Source: Bacteroidota bacterium
Lineage (GTDB): Bacteria > Bacteroidota > Bacteroidia > Palsa-965
Assembly: GCA_013289095.1 (NCBI GenBank)
Contig: JABDAO010000004.1
Coordinates: forward strand, 1,530-65,529
Reading direction: 5' to 3'
Length of the DNA: 64,000 bases
Positions 45,254 to 55,109 of this stretch are shown in pieces. The notes beneath the pieces are model-generated. The model saw only the letters and a list, made by a program, of their open reading frames with translations, ran no database searches and was not told the origin of the DNA. How positions within the stretch are numbered: position 1 is the first letter of the stretch; every line of letters begins with the position of its first letter. Made by a program: the position numbers and the translations under genes.

Positions 45254-45600
45254 CCAGAAACACCCATTCCGGATCCGGATAGAGGTGATAGAAACCCGGA
45301 AATACCCTTTCCTGACTCGGATGTGAGTGATAGCAACCCGGAAACACCTTTTCCTGACTCGGATGTGAGTGATAGCAACCCGGAAACACCTTTTCCTGAC
45401 TCGGATGTGAGTGATAGCAACCCGGAAATACCCTTTCCGGACTCGGATGTGAGTGATAGCAACCCGGAAACACCTTTTCCTGACTCGGATGTGAGTGATA
45501 GCAACCCGGAAACACCCCTTCCGGATCCGGATGTAGGTAATAGCAACCCGGAAACACCTTTCCCGGATCCGGATATGGCTGATAGCAATCCGGAAATACC
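45254..45600. repeat. tandem array 3, 42-nt (2 x 21) period, ~8 units
   Basis: The unit CGGATGTGAGTGATAGCAACCCGGAAACACCTTTTCCTGACT recurs at 45318, 45360 and so on. It contains GTGATAGCAACCCG, the inverse of the array 1 core CGGGTTGCTATCAC. Confidence 0.9.
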
Positions 45601-45733
45601 ATCAAGTCACTTTCAAACCCATTTACGCTGGAAATGTGATTTATTGAGCTATTGTTTTAATCAGGGGCCATCGAGGCTTCAGACAGACCAGAACCCACGC
45701 TTTTAAGTGTGAGTTAGCTATAGGAGGGTTAAT

Positions 45734-46177
45734 TTATTTCGGATCTTCTTCCTTTGGTTCTTCCTTCTTAATATCGAGATCGGGATACTCGATTTTCATT
45801 TCTACAATAAATGCGTTTGGGAAATCGGTCTGGATTTGTTTGTAAATCTTGTAGGAATCGAGACGGGTGCGATAATTGCCCACGGTAATCGAAAAATTGG
45901 GGGTATCATAATCCATATACGCCGGGACATCGGGGTATTTCTGGCAGAATTTTGCCTTTATCTCGTTGGCCTTGGCTTTTTCTGCCCCGAAATGGATTTT
46001 TACCCGGTATCCTTTCAGATTTTTGGTGCCTAGTGCTTTTCGTTTATCAAGCAAGGAAAAGATGGACGCGTCGGCATGGATTTCCTTGACAGTTGAATCA
46101 GACGCGGTCTGGGCATGAACCGGTTTGACGGCGCACATACCCCCAACAAACACAACAACCATCCCCCTTTTTAGCAT
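45734..46177 (-). CDS. SPOR-domain protein
   Basis: 147-aa ORF with a signal peptide. GYRVKIHFGAEKAKANEIKAKFCQKYPDVPAYMDYDTPNFSITVGNYRTRLDSYKIYKQI is SPOR-like. Confidence 0.75.
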   Translation of the reverse strand: MLKRGMVVVFVGGMCAVKPVHAQTASDSTVKEIHADASIFSLLDKRKALGTKNLKGYRVKIHFGAEKAKANEIKAKFCQKYPDVPAYMDYDTPNFSITVGNYRTRLDSYKIYKQIQTDFPNAFIVEMKIEYPDLDIKKEEPKEEDPK

Positions 46178-46522
46178 GGGCCAAAGGTAAAAAGAAATAT
46201 TAACCCTTAGATGATTGCCCGATTTTTAAAGACAAAACCCACTCTTTGAATGCCTAACGGAAAAGTAAAACAAACATGTTATTTAGAATGAATATAAATT
46301 GAATTGGGTTTAAAATATTCCCTCTGTTTTTGAATCATGGTGCTAGGTTTCTTATAAATTTGTCGCGAATTATACAGAAACCATTTGATTTTTTGCCGAA
46401 TTGGCAGAGTATATCAGAATTCAGGTAGTGAATCTGATCGGCGTTTGGCCGGTTTTTCAACACCCTGAAGGCTGCAACGTATGAGACAAGCACACAGATT
46501 CGACTTCTTTAATAACCAGGAT

Positions 46523-47782
46523 ATGCGCAAATCGTACCAACAACCACAAAGGAAAGCCTTTGTGATTCCTCGTTTCCTTATTTTCTTCCTCTTCTTCCTT
46601 CACTTCCAGAGCGCATCTGCCTCCGATGGCAAGGCCTTGTTTAAGGCCAATTGTGCGTCCTGTCATAAGGCGAGTGAGGCGAAACTGACAGGCCCCGGTC
46701 TGAAAGGCGTATTAAGCCGTATCCCTGAGGGAGACTGGAAATACAACTGGGTACACAACTCTTTTGAGGTGATCAAAGGTGGTGATGCCTATGCCAAGAA
46801 AATATTTGGTGAAAACGGCGGTACCGCGATGACCCCATTCCCTGGTTTGAGCAAGGAAGATATTGATGCCATCCTTGCGTATGCCGATAAAGGAGACGAG
46901 CCAGCCAAGGCTGTAGTTACTCCCGGTGCAGAGAACCCCAATGGCCCTCCGGTCGAAAAAGGCGTTGATCCGTTCTGGATTCTGTTGGTCATCATCGGTC
47001 TGCTGATCATCCTTACACTTGTTCTTCGCACCACCAAACGCAGTCTTAAAAACGTAGTCAACGAAAAGGCCGGTCTTGCTCCTGAGCCAGATCGTAGCCT
47101 GTGGGAATCATTTAAATTCTGGTGCGACCAGAACAAACGCATTGTAGCCGTCATCATTCTTTATTTCCTCTGTGTGGGGGTGAAAACATGCTGGTATACG
47201 TTGAAAGATATCGGTGTGTATCAGGGTTACCATCCTGAGCAGCCTATCAAATTCAGCCACAAGATCCACGCCGGCGATAACGGTATTCAGTGTGTGTATT
47301 GCCACAGCGGCGCTGAGAAATCTAAAACAGCCGGTGTTCCTTCGGTGAACATTTGTATGAACTGTCACAAAGGCATTCAGGAAACGGCGAATCCAGGCAG
47401 CAAGGAAGAAATTGCAAAGATCTATGCGGCTGCAGGCTGGGACCCATCAAAGATGGCCTATACCGGAGAACAGAAACCCATCCAGTGGAACAAGGTACAT
47501 GTACTGCCCGATTTTGTGTTCTTCCCACACAGCCAGCACGTCATGGTCGGAAAGGTTGAATGCGAAACTTGTCATGGCGATGTTAAAAAAATGACAACCG
47601 TCGAACAGTTCTCTCCGCTTACCATGGGCTGGTGTATCAATTGCCACCGCACGACTGAAGTGAAGATGGAAGGCAATAAATACTACGACGAGCTTCACGA
47701 AAAGCTGAAAAAGAAATACGGCAAACAGCCTATCACCGTTGCCAAAATGGGCGGTCTGGATTGTGCCAAATGTCACTATTAA
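46523..47782 (+). CDS. actA: alternative complex III subunit ActA (multihaem cytochrome c)
   Basis: ORF 46481-47782; the Met at 46523 precedes the signal/TM. It has six CxxCH motifs (CASCH, CVYCH, CMNCH, CETCH, CINCH, CAKCH). Confidence 0.85.
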   Translation: MRKSYQQPQRKAFVIPRFLIFFLFFLHFQSASASDGKALFKANCASCHKASEAKLTGPGLKGVLSRIPEGDWKYNWVHNSFEVIKGGDAYAKKIFGENGGTAMTPFPGLSKEDIDAILAYADKGDEPAKAVVTPGAENPNGPPVEKGVDPFWILLVIIGLLIILTLVLRTTKRSLKNVVNEKAGLAPEPDRSLWESFKFWCDQNKRIVAVIILYFLCVGVKTCWYTLKDIGVYQGYHPEQPIKFSHKIHAGDNGIQCVYCHSGAEKSKTAGVPSVNICMNCHKGIQETANPGSKEEIAKIYAAAGWDPSKMAYTGEQKPIQWNKVHVLPDFVFFPHSQHVMVGKVECETCHGDVKKMTTVEQFSPLTMGWCINCHRTTEVKMEGNKYYDELHEKLKKKYGKQPITVAKMGGLDCAKCHY

Positions 47783-47842
47783 TAAAGAAGTTCATAGTTC
47801 GCACTTTGACTGCGATCGATAACAAATAATCAACGAAGCAAT

Positions 47843-50800
47843 ATGGGTAACTCAAAAAAATACTGGAAAGGCCTGGACGAACTGAACGACAATCCCGCGT
47901 TTTTGAAACAGCGTGATAATGAATTCAATGAGTATGTGCCTGTTGATCAGTTCCTGGCCAATACCTCGGCCATGGAAGAATCATCCACCAGCCGCCGCGA
48001 CTTCCTGAAGTTCCTGGGTTTCAGCGTTACTGCCGTGACCCTGGCTGCCTGCGAAACACCTGTTACCAAAGTAGTGCCGTATGTGATCAAGCCCGAAGAA
48101 ATTACCCCGGGTATGGCCAACTGGTATGCTTCTTCTTATTTCGACGGACACGATTATTGCAGCATCATTGTTAAAACACGCGAGGCCCGCCCGATCAAGA
48201 TTGAAGGCAACTCCTTCTCTAAAATAACGCAAGGCGGCGTAAGTGCACGTGTACAAGCTTCCCTGCTTTCTTTATACGATTCAGATCGTTTCCAGGGCCC
48301 GCAGACAGGTAAAGGCGAGGAAATAGAATGGGCCAAGGCCGATAACCTGGTAAAAGCAGGTATTGAACAGGCCGTTGCTTCTAAGAAAGATGTGGTGTTG
48401 CTTTCTTCTACCATCATCAGTCCTTCTACCAAGGCAGCTATTGCCGAATTCACCGGCGCGCATGGTGTTAAACATGTAACCTACGACGCAGTTTCTTTTT
48501 CAGGTATGCTGCTTGCCAATAAAAATTCGTTCGGCCACCCGTTTATACCAACCTACAATTTCGACAAGGCAAATGTCATCGTAAGTTTTGGCGCTGATTT
48601 CCTGACCAACTGGATCAGTCCGATTGAACATTCTAAACAATACGCCAAAACACGCCGTATCAGCAAGGAGAAAAAGGAAATGTCCAAACACGTACAGTTT
48701 GAATCTATCCTTTCGCTTACCGGTTCAAATGCCGATGAGCGTCATACGCTGAAACCATCCGAAATGGGCGCTGCCGTGGTAGCTCTCTATAACAAGATCA
48801 GCGGAAGCAACCTGCCTGTTTCCGGAAAGGTACACGAACATGCCATCGACGAAACAGCCAAATGGTTGTTGGATAACAAAGGAAAATCGCTCGTAGTAAG
48901 CGGTTCGAACGATGGAAACATCCAGATGGTTGTGAATGCCATTAACGAAACACTTGGCAACTACGGTAAAACCATCGATACAAATACGCAGGACTACACC
49001 CGTCAGGGCATTGACGAACATTTCGTTAAACTTGTTGCCGATATGCAGGCCGGAAATGTGGGATCGATCATCTTCTACAATTGTAACCCGGTATATACTG
49101 CTCCGGCAAAACTCAAATTCTCCGAAGCGCTTGCCAAAGTAGCTTCCAAAGTATCGCTGGCGTCACGTTCAGATGAGACTACTGCCCTGTGCGATGTAAT
49201 TTGTCCGGATCATAACTTCCTTGAATCCTGGAACGATCACAACCCCCGCAAAGGACATTATAGCTTACAACAACCTACGATTTCTCCTTTGTTCGCTCCG
49301 CGTAATGCAGGTGCCGTACACAGCCAGGGGTCACGTCAGGCACAGGAAAGTATCCTGCGTTGGGCGGGGAATGGAACCAATTTCCATACCTATATGACCA
49401 CCAACTGGAAGGCCATGTTCAATAATTCGGGCGATGCAACCACCTTCTGGAACCAGAGCCTGCACGATGGGGCAATCTACGTTGAAGGTCTTGGCGCTGA
49501 GATAACCGAGCACAAAGCCGACGAAAAGAAAGAAGCAAAACACGATTCCAAAAAAGGAAAAGCGGCGCCGGTAGCAGCAGCGGCCGCAGGCGCTGTCCTG
49601 GCCGATAAAGAAGAAGAGCCGAAAGATGAAAAAGAAATCAACCCGAAGATCGAACTGGGTGCAGCAGCAACAGCGCTCGCCACAGTGAAAGGGTCTGAAA
49701 ACGAGGTTGTGTTCTATGAAAGCACGGCACTGGGCAGTGGTTTGCTTGCCAACATCCCCTGGTTGCAGGAATTACCGGACCCGATCACCAAGATTACCTG
49801 GGACAACTATATTACCATGAACCCTGCCGACATGGAAGCCGGCAAATACAATATCCTCGAACGCTTCGACCAGCTCGAAGACGAACCCGATACGGCCATT
49901 GTAACCGTTGACGGTATTGCGCTCGAAGCGCTTCCGGTATTCCCACAGCCAGGTCAGGCTATCGGAACCATTGGTATTGCATTGGGCTACGGACGCACCA
50001 ATTCCGGCAAATGCGCCAACGAGATAGGGGTAAACGCATACAAAACGGTACAGTGGGTGAACAACACCATGCAGTACACCGCCAACGTAACGTCTATCGA
50101 AAACGCACACAAGACGCATGCCATAGCCTGTACCCAGACTCACCATACCATGATGGGCCGCGAGATTGTGAAAGAAACATCTATCATGGCCTGGTTGAAA
50201 GATGAGGCAGCAGGAAACGAAAAGGAAACGGTTGAGTTCAAAGGAAAAACAGTTGATCCGCTCACGGTAAACCTTTGGGAAGATTTTGACCGCCCCGGAC
50301 ACAAATGGGCCCTGGCTATCGACCTCAATACCTGTACCGGTTGCGCAGCCTGCGTGGTAAGCTGTACGGCCGAGAACAACGTGCCTGTAGTAGGCAAACT
50401 CGAAGTGCGCCGCAGCCGCGAAATGCACTGGATCCGAATTGACCGATACTACTCCAGCGATATGTCGAAAGCGCGTGGCAAGGAAGAAGGAAAAGGCAAG
50501 ATTGCCACCTACCGCGAGATGGAGCATGCCTCATCGGCCAACCCGCGTGTGTTCTTTCAACCCATCATGTGTCAGCATTGCAACCACGCACCCTGCGAAA
50601 CGGTGTGTCCGGTTCTTGCAACCAGCCACAGCGGCGAAGGCCTGAACATGATGACGTACAACCGTTGTGTAGGCACGCGTTATTGCGCCAACAACTGTCC
50701 GTTTAAAGTTCGTCGTTTCAATTGGTTTAACTATACAGGCAACAATAAGTTCAAAGATGTAAATCCTGGTATGGATGATATCGGACGCATGGTGCTGAAC

Positions 50801-51169
50801 CCCGATGTCGTGGTTCGCTCACGCGGTGTAATGGAAAAATGTTCCATGTGCGTACAACGTATCCAGGCCGGAAAACTCGAAGCAAAGAAAGCCGGTGAAA
50901 AACTGAAAGACGGAGCCATTCAGACAGCCTGTTCTCAATCGTGCCCGACCAATGCTATCATCTTCGGAGATCTGAGCGATCCCGAAAGCCAGGTATCAAA
51001 ATGGTTTGAGAACGAACGTCATTACAAACTGCTTGAAGAAACGGGTATACGCCCCAATGTGGCCTACCTGACCAAGGTGCGTAACATCGACCATATTGAA
51101 GAAGAACACGGGAAAGAAGAGCGGCACGAGGCAAAGGAAGAAAAGAAAGAGGAAAAAGCGCATTCGTAA
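47843..51169 (+). CDS. actB: alternative complex III subunit ActB (molybdopterin-oxidoreductase-like + FeS domains)
   Basis: 1108-aa ORF with the Tat motif SRRDFLKF. The Cys clusters are CTGCAACVVSC, CQHCNHAPCETVCP and CVGTRYCANNCP. Confidence 0.9.
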   Translation: MGNSKKYWKGLDELNDNPAFLKQRDNEFNEYVPVDQFLANTSAMEESSTSRRDFLKFLGFSVTAVTLAACETPVTKVVPYVIKPEEITPGMANWYASSYFDGHDYCSIIVKTREARPIKIEGNSFSKITQGGVSARVQASLLSLYDSDRFQGPQTGKGEEIEWAKADNLVKAGIEQAVASKKDVVLLSSTIISPSTKAAIAEFTGAHGVKHVTYDAVSFSGMLLANKNSFGHPFIPTYNFDKANVIVSFGADFLTNWISPIEHSKQYAKTRRISKEKKEMSKHVQFESILSLTGSNADERHTLKPSEMGAAVVALYNKISGSNLPVSGKVHEHAIDETAKWLLDNKGKSLVVSGSNDGNIQMVVNAINETLGNYGKTIDTNTQDYTRQGIDEHFVKLVADMQAGNVGSIIFYNCNPVYTAPAKLKFSEALAKVASKVSLASRSDETTALCDVICPDHNFLESWNDHNPRKGHYSLQQPTISPLFAPRNAGAVHSQGSRQAQESILRWAGNGTNFHTYMTTNWKAMFNNSGDATTFWNQSLHDGAIYVEGLGAEITEHKADEKKEAKHDSKKGKAAPVAAAAAGAVLADKEEEPKDEKEINPKIELGAAATALATVKGSENEVVFYESTALGSGLLANIPWLQELPDPITKITWDNYITMNPADMEAGKYNILERFDQLEDEPDTAIVTVDGIALEALPVFPQPGQAIGTIGIALGYGRTNSGKCANEIGVNAYKTVQWVNNTMQYTANVTSIENAHKTHAIACTQTHHTMMGREIVKETSIMAWLKDEAAGNEKETVEFKGKTVDPLTVNLWEDFDRPGHKWALAIDLNTCTGCAACVVSCTAENNVPVVGKLEVRRSREMHWIRIDRYYSSDMSKARGKEEGKGKIATYREMEHASSANPRVFFQPIMCQHCNHAPCETVCPVLATSHSGEGLNMMTYNRCVGTRYCANNCPFKVRRFNWFNYTGNNKFKDVNPGMDDIGRMVLNPDVVVRSRGVMEKCSMCVQRIQAGKLEAKKAGEKLKDGAIQTACSQSCPTNAIIFGDLSDPESQVSKWFENERHYKLLEETGIRPNVAYLTKVRNIDHIEEEHGKEERHEAKEEKKEEKAHS

Positions 51170-51221
51170 CCCGACTCACTTAAACGTAGAACAAAGTAGG
51201 AACAACATTTAAATAAAGTAT

Positions 51222-52610
51222 ATGCAACACGAAAGTGCCATCAGAGAGCCGCTCATTTTAGGACACAGGACCTATCATGACATCACCGAGGATATTGCAA
51301 GACCCATCGAAGGTAAGGCCAACAAATATTGGTACCTGGTCTTCACCATCGCCGTCTGCGCCTTTACCTGGGGAATCGGATGTTTGTTTTACACCATCGG
51401 TACCGGTATCGGAGCCTGGGGTGCAAACAAAACAGTAGGCTGGGCCTGGGACATTACGAACTTTGTATGGTGGATCGGTATCGGTCACGCCGGAACCCTG
51501 ATCTCAGCTGTGCTTTTATTGTTCCGTCAAAAATGGCGTATGGCCATCAACCGCTCGGCCGAAGCAATGACCATCTTTGCCGTAATGTGCGCTGCCATCT
51601 TCGTAACCATGCACACCGGTCGTCCTTGGCTCGATTACTGGCTCTTCCCACATGCCAACCAGTTCGGTTCGTTGTGGGTGAACTTCAACTCCCCGCTTCT
51701 TTGGGATGTGTTTGCGGTTTCTACCTACTTCTCCATTTCCCTGGTATTCTGGTACACCGGTCTGATCCCCGACTTTGCTACCATCCGCGACCGTGCCGTG
51801 AAGCCCATGTCGAAAAAAATCTACAAATTCCTTTCCTTTGGTTGGAGCGGTCGTGCAAAAGACTGGACCCGTTTCGAGGAAGTATCACTTGTGCTTGCCG
51901 GTCTTTCCACACCACTTGTATTCTCCGTGCACTCGATTGTATCCATGGACTTTGCCACCTCCATCGTACCGGGCTGGCACACCACCATCTTCCCTCCATA
52001 CTTTGTGGCAGGCGCTATCTTCTCCGGTTTTGCAATGGTCGAAACACTCCTGCTCATCGTCCGAAAAGTATTGAGCCTCGAACATTACATTACCGTGAAG
52101 CACATGGAATATATGAACATCGTTATCATCCTTACCGGTTCTATGGTTGGTGTGGCTTACCTCAGCGAATTGTTCATCTCCTGGTACTCGGGTGTTGAAT
52201 ACGAAGCCTACGCATTCCTGAACCGTGCTACTGGGCCTTATTGGTGGAGTTATGCAGGGATGATGACCTGTAACGTTATTTCGCCACAGTTGTATTGGTT
52301 TAAGAAAATCCGTACCAGTCTTACTGCAACCTTCATTCTTTCGATTGTTGTAAACATCGGTATGTGGTTCGAACGTTTTGTCATTATCGTGACCTCACTT
52401 CACCGCGATTATATTCCATCCAGCTGGACCATGTATCACCCGACCTGGATTGAGGTTGGTATTTTTACCGGCACCATCGGTATGTTCTTTACCTTCTTCC
52501 TTTTGTTCGCACGGGTGTTCCCGGTAATCGCACTCAATGAGTTGAAGACGATCCTGAAGATCAGCGGAGAAAGCTACAAGAAGGAAGCCGCAAACGCAGC
52601 ACATCATTAA
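51222..52610 (+). CDS. actC: alternative complex III subunit ActC (NrfD/PsrC-like quinol-interacting membrane subunit)
   Basis: 462-aa polytopic ORF. It lies directly after actB, in the canonical gene order. Confidence 0.88.
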   Translation: MQHESAIREPLILGHRTYHDITEDIARPIEGKANKYWYLVFTIAVCAFTWGIGCLFYTIGTGIGAWGANKTVGWAWDITNFVWWIGIGHAGTLISAVLLLFRQKWRMAINRSAEAMTIFAVMCAAIFVTMHTGRPWLDYWLFPHANQFGSLWVNFNSPLLWDVFAVSTYFSISLVFWYTGLIPDFATIRDRAVKPMSKKIYKFLSFGWSGRAKDWTRFEEVSLVLAGLSTPLVFSVHSIVSMDFATSIVPGWHTTIFPPYFVAGAIFSGFAMVETLLLIVRKVLSLEHYITVKHMEYMNIVIILTGSMVGVAYLSELFISWYSGVEYEAYAFLNRATGPYWWSYAGMMTCNVISPQLYWFKKIRTSLTATFILSIVVNIGMWFERFVIIVTSLHRDYIPSSWTMYHPTWIEVGIFTGTIGMFFTFFLLFARVFPVIALNELKTILKISGESYKKEAANAAHH

Positions 52611-52636
52611 TACAAACATAAAAGCAATACGCAATT

Positions 52637-53158
52637 ATGAGCGCTAAAACAATCATACACGGAATTTACAACGACGAGGAGAAGCTCAAGGAAGGAGCCA
52701 TACAGCTTCGTTCGGCAAGGATCCGCGTGAAAGAAGTTTTTTCACCCTTCCCCATCCACGGCATCGACCCGATCATCGGGGTTGACCGCACCTGGATCTC
52801 CATCTGCTGTTTCATCTACGGGTTGACCGGTATGTCACTCGCATTATTGATGACCTGGTACATGATGGTAGGCGACTGGCCAGCAGACATCGGAGGAAAA
52901 CCAAGCATGGCCTTTTACATGGCTATCCCGGCCTTCATCCCCGTAACGTTTGAATCGACGGTGTTTTGTGCCGGTCACGGTATGGCCATCACCTTCTTCC
53001 TGCGTAGCTGGATCCTCCCAGGTGTTTCACCCAAGAATCCTGACCCACGTACAACCGATGATATGTTCCTGATGGAGATCGAAGCAAAACCGGAAGACGA
53101 ATCACGCATTGTTGCCATGCTCAAAGCAAGTGGAGCAGCCGAAGTAAATGTTAAATAA
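52637..53158 (+). CDS. actD: alternative complex III subunit ActD (DUF3341)
   Basis: 173-aa ORF. The N-terminal soluble part is IHGIYNDEEKLKEGA and two TM helices follow. The call also rests on its position in the operon. Confidence 0.8.
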   Translation: MSAKTIIHGIYNDEEKLKEGAIQLRSARIRVKEVFSPFPIHGIDPIIGVDRTWISICCFIYGLTGMSLALLMTWYMMVGDWPADIGGKPSMAFYMAIPAFIPVTFESTVFCAGHGMAITFFLRSWILPGVSPKNPDPRTTDDMFLMEIEAKPEDESRIVAMLKASGAAEVNVK

Positions 53159-53183
53159 AGGAATGCAAAGACACTTTCATCCT

Positions 53184-53831
53184 ATGAAAATTTCAATGAA
53201 ATACCTTGTTCTTGGTTCAGTAGCGCTGGCGGCGGTGTCGTTCTTCGCATCCTGCGACAAAATGGACCCGAACAGTCCTGGAGTAGAGTACATGCCCGAT
53301 ATGTATCGTTCTCCTTCGTACGAAACAAACGCAATCACCACCTTTCGGGGTGATACCGTTTCCTGCAACCGTTTGCCGGTAGCCGGTACGATTGCACGTG
53401 GTTTCATGCCTTACACCCTTCCGAATGATACCATGGGCTATAGGATGTCTGGAATCACCATGCACAACCCGCTCCCAAACACACCCGAAATTGTTGAACA
53501 AGGAAAGATTATTTACGGAAAGTTCTGTGTGCATTGCCACGGTAAATCAGGTCAGGGTGATGGCAAAGTAGGGCTCATCCTGGGTGGAATGCCTCATTAC
53601 GATGATGCAGCCCACAAAGACCTGCCTGAAGGAAAGATGTTTCATTCGATCACCTACGGAAAAAATCTCATGGGCTCGCATGCTTCACAGCTGAGTGTAG
53701 ACGATCGCTGGAAAGTGATCCGTTATGTACAAACCCTGCAAGGAAAGAAAGAAACAGCCTCGGTAACAGACAGTACTGCTGCTGCCAAACCAGCCGTGAA
53801 AATGCTAAAAGGCAAGAAGGCTCCGAAATAA
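53184..53831 (+). CDS. actE: alternative complex III subunit ActE (monohaem cytochrome c lipoprotein)
   Basis: ORF 53148-53831; the Met at 53184 gives the lipoprotein signal ...VSFFASC. It has a single CVHCH haem motif. Confidence 0.8.
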   Translation: MKISMKYLVLGSVALAAVSFFASCDKMDPNSPGVEYMPDMYRSPSYETNAITTFRGDTVSCNRLPVAGTIARGFMPYTLPNDTMGYRMSGITMHNPLPNTPEIVEQGKIIYGKFCVHCHGKSGQGDGKVGLILGGMPHYDDAAHKDLPEGKMFHSITYGKNLMGSHASQLSVDDRWKVIRYVQTLQGKKETASVTDSTAAAKPAVKMLKGKKAPK

Positions 53832-53864
53832 TAGTATAAGCGAATCAAGAAAACACGTTATCAT

Positions 53865-55073
53865 ATGGACACAAGTGGAATGAATTTAACCTATATCCTC
53901 AGCCCGAAGACCAAGAACATTTGCTTGACTCTTATTGGTGTTGGTTTGGTTGCAACCATTGTCGGGATCTTTCATGGCACGGCTGACCCCATGCACACAC
54001 AACGCATCTGGTCGAACATCTGGCTGGATATTTTCTTCTTTTTCTCCATCAGTTTATTGGCTACCTTCTTTTATGCCGTGCAATATGCTGCCGAGGCTGC
54101 ATGGGCTGTAGCTTACAAACGCATTATGGAAGCGGTCATGAAATTCCTTCCTGTTGGCGCATCGCTTGTGTTCCTGTATTGTATTCTGGGCGTACTCGGT
54201 GTGCATCATACCTGGAAATGGTTAAGCCCAACGGCTGTTGCTGCCGACAAGGTACTTCAGAACAAATCGGCATTTTTGAACCCCACCATGTTCCTGGGTC
54301 TTACCTTTCTGTTCCTGCTTGCTTATGTATCGTATCAGCGCTGGACCTGCAAAATGTCGCTCGAAGCAGATGCCGGGGGTGATGGAGTTAAATACTGGAA
54401 GATGAACCAGCGCAAGGCTGCTATTTTCCTCGTGTTCTTTGGTTTTACTTCGGTTGTAGGATCCTGGTTCTGGCTGATGTCTATCGATGCACATTGGTTC
54501 TCTACCCTGTTTGGCTGGTATGTATTTGCAGGTCAGTGGATCGGGGCCATCATCACTTTTAACCTGATTGGTCTGCACCTCAAGAGTAAAGGACAAGGAG
54601 AATTTTTGAACGATAGTCACCAACACGATATGGGCAAATGGATGTTTGCCGTGAGCTTTCTGTGGACCTATCTTTGGTTCTCCCAGTTCATGCTTATCTG
54701 GTATGCCAACCTTCCGGAAGAAGTAGCCTATTACAAAGCCCGTTGGGATGATTACCGCGGCTTGCTGTGGACCATGTTCTTTATGAACTTCTCCCTGCCC
54801 ATGCTCATGCTCATGTCTCGCGATGCAAAACGTAACCGGACCTTTATCTTTATCGTGGGTATTGTCATCTATTTCTTCCATTGGGTGGATACCTTTATCA
54901 TGATCATGCCTGGCTCTATCGGAGCAGGAGGTCATATCGGGATGATCGAAATCGGTATGTTTATGGCCGGTACCGGAGGCTTTGCATGGTTTGTACTCGC
55001 ACAATTGGCAAAAGCCCCGTTGCTCGTAAAGAACCATCCTTACCTGCAGGAGACACTGCACTTTCATATTTAA
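53865..55073 (+). CDS. actF: alternative complex III subunit ActF (second NrfD-like membrane subunit)
   Basis: 402-aa polytopic ORF in the canonical position after actE. Confidence 0.8.
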   Translation: MDTSGMNLTYILSPKTKNICLTLIGVGLVATIVGIFHGTADPMHTQRIWSNIWLDIFFFFSISLLATFFYAVQYAAEAAWAVAYKRIMEAVMKFLPVGASLVFLYCILGVLGVHHTWKWLSPTAVAADKVLQNKSAFLNPTMFLGLTFLFLLAYVSYQRWTCKMSLEADAGGDGVKYWKMNQRKAAIFLVFFGFTSVVGSWFWLMSIDAHWFSTLFGWYVFAGQWIGAIITFNLIGLHLKSKGQGEFLNDSHQHDMGKWMFAVSFLWTYLWFSQFMLIWYANLPEEVAYYKARWDDYRGLLWTMFFMNFSLPMLMLMSRDAKRNRTFIFIVGIVIYFFHWVDTFIMIMPGSIGAGGHIGMIEIGMFMAGTGGFAWFVLAQLAKAPLLVKNHPYLQETLHFHI

Positions 55074-55109
55074 TTGCGATTTTAGGACTAACGAAAAATA
55101 AAAGAGGTT

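Noticed and set aside
45170-45706. 178-aa acidic PETPFPDSDVSDSN repeat protein
   Set aside because: It lies on the 42-nt array, with two antisense frames equally open (45201-45605 and 45232-45588). It has no signal peptide or flanking domain. It is kept only as a low-probability alternative in the findings.
49772-50527. 251-aa antisense ORF inside actB
   Set aside because: It is antisense to a gene with clear FeS cluster motifs, and its composition is not protein-like.
51329-52198. 289-aa alternative-frame ORF inside actC
   Set aside because: It overlaps a strongly supported NrfD-like membrane gene in another frame. Its Arg/His/Cys-rich composition is typical of off-frame translation.
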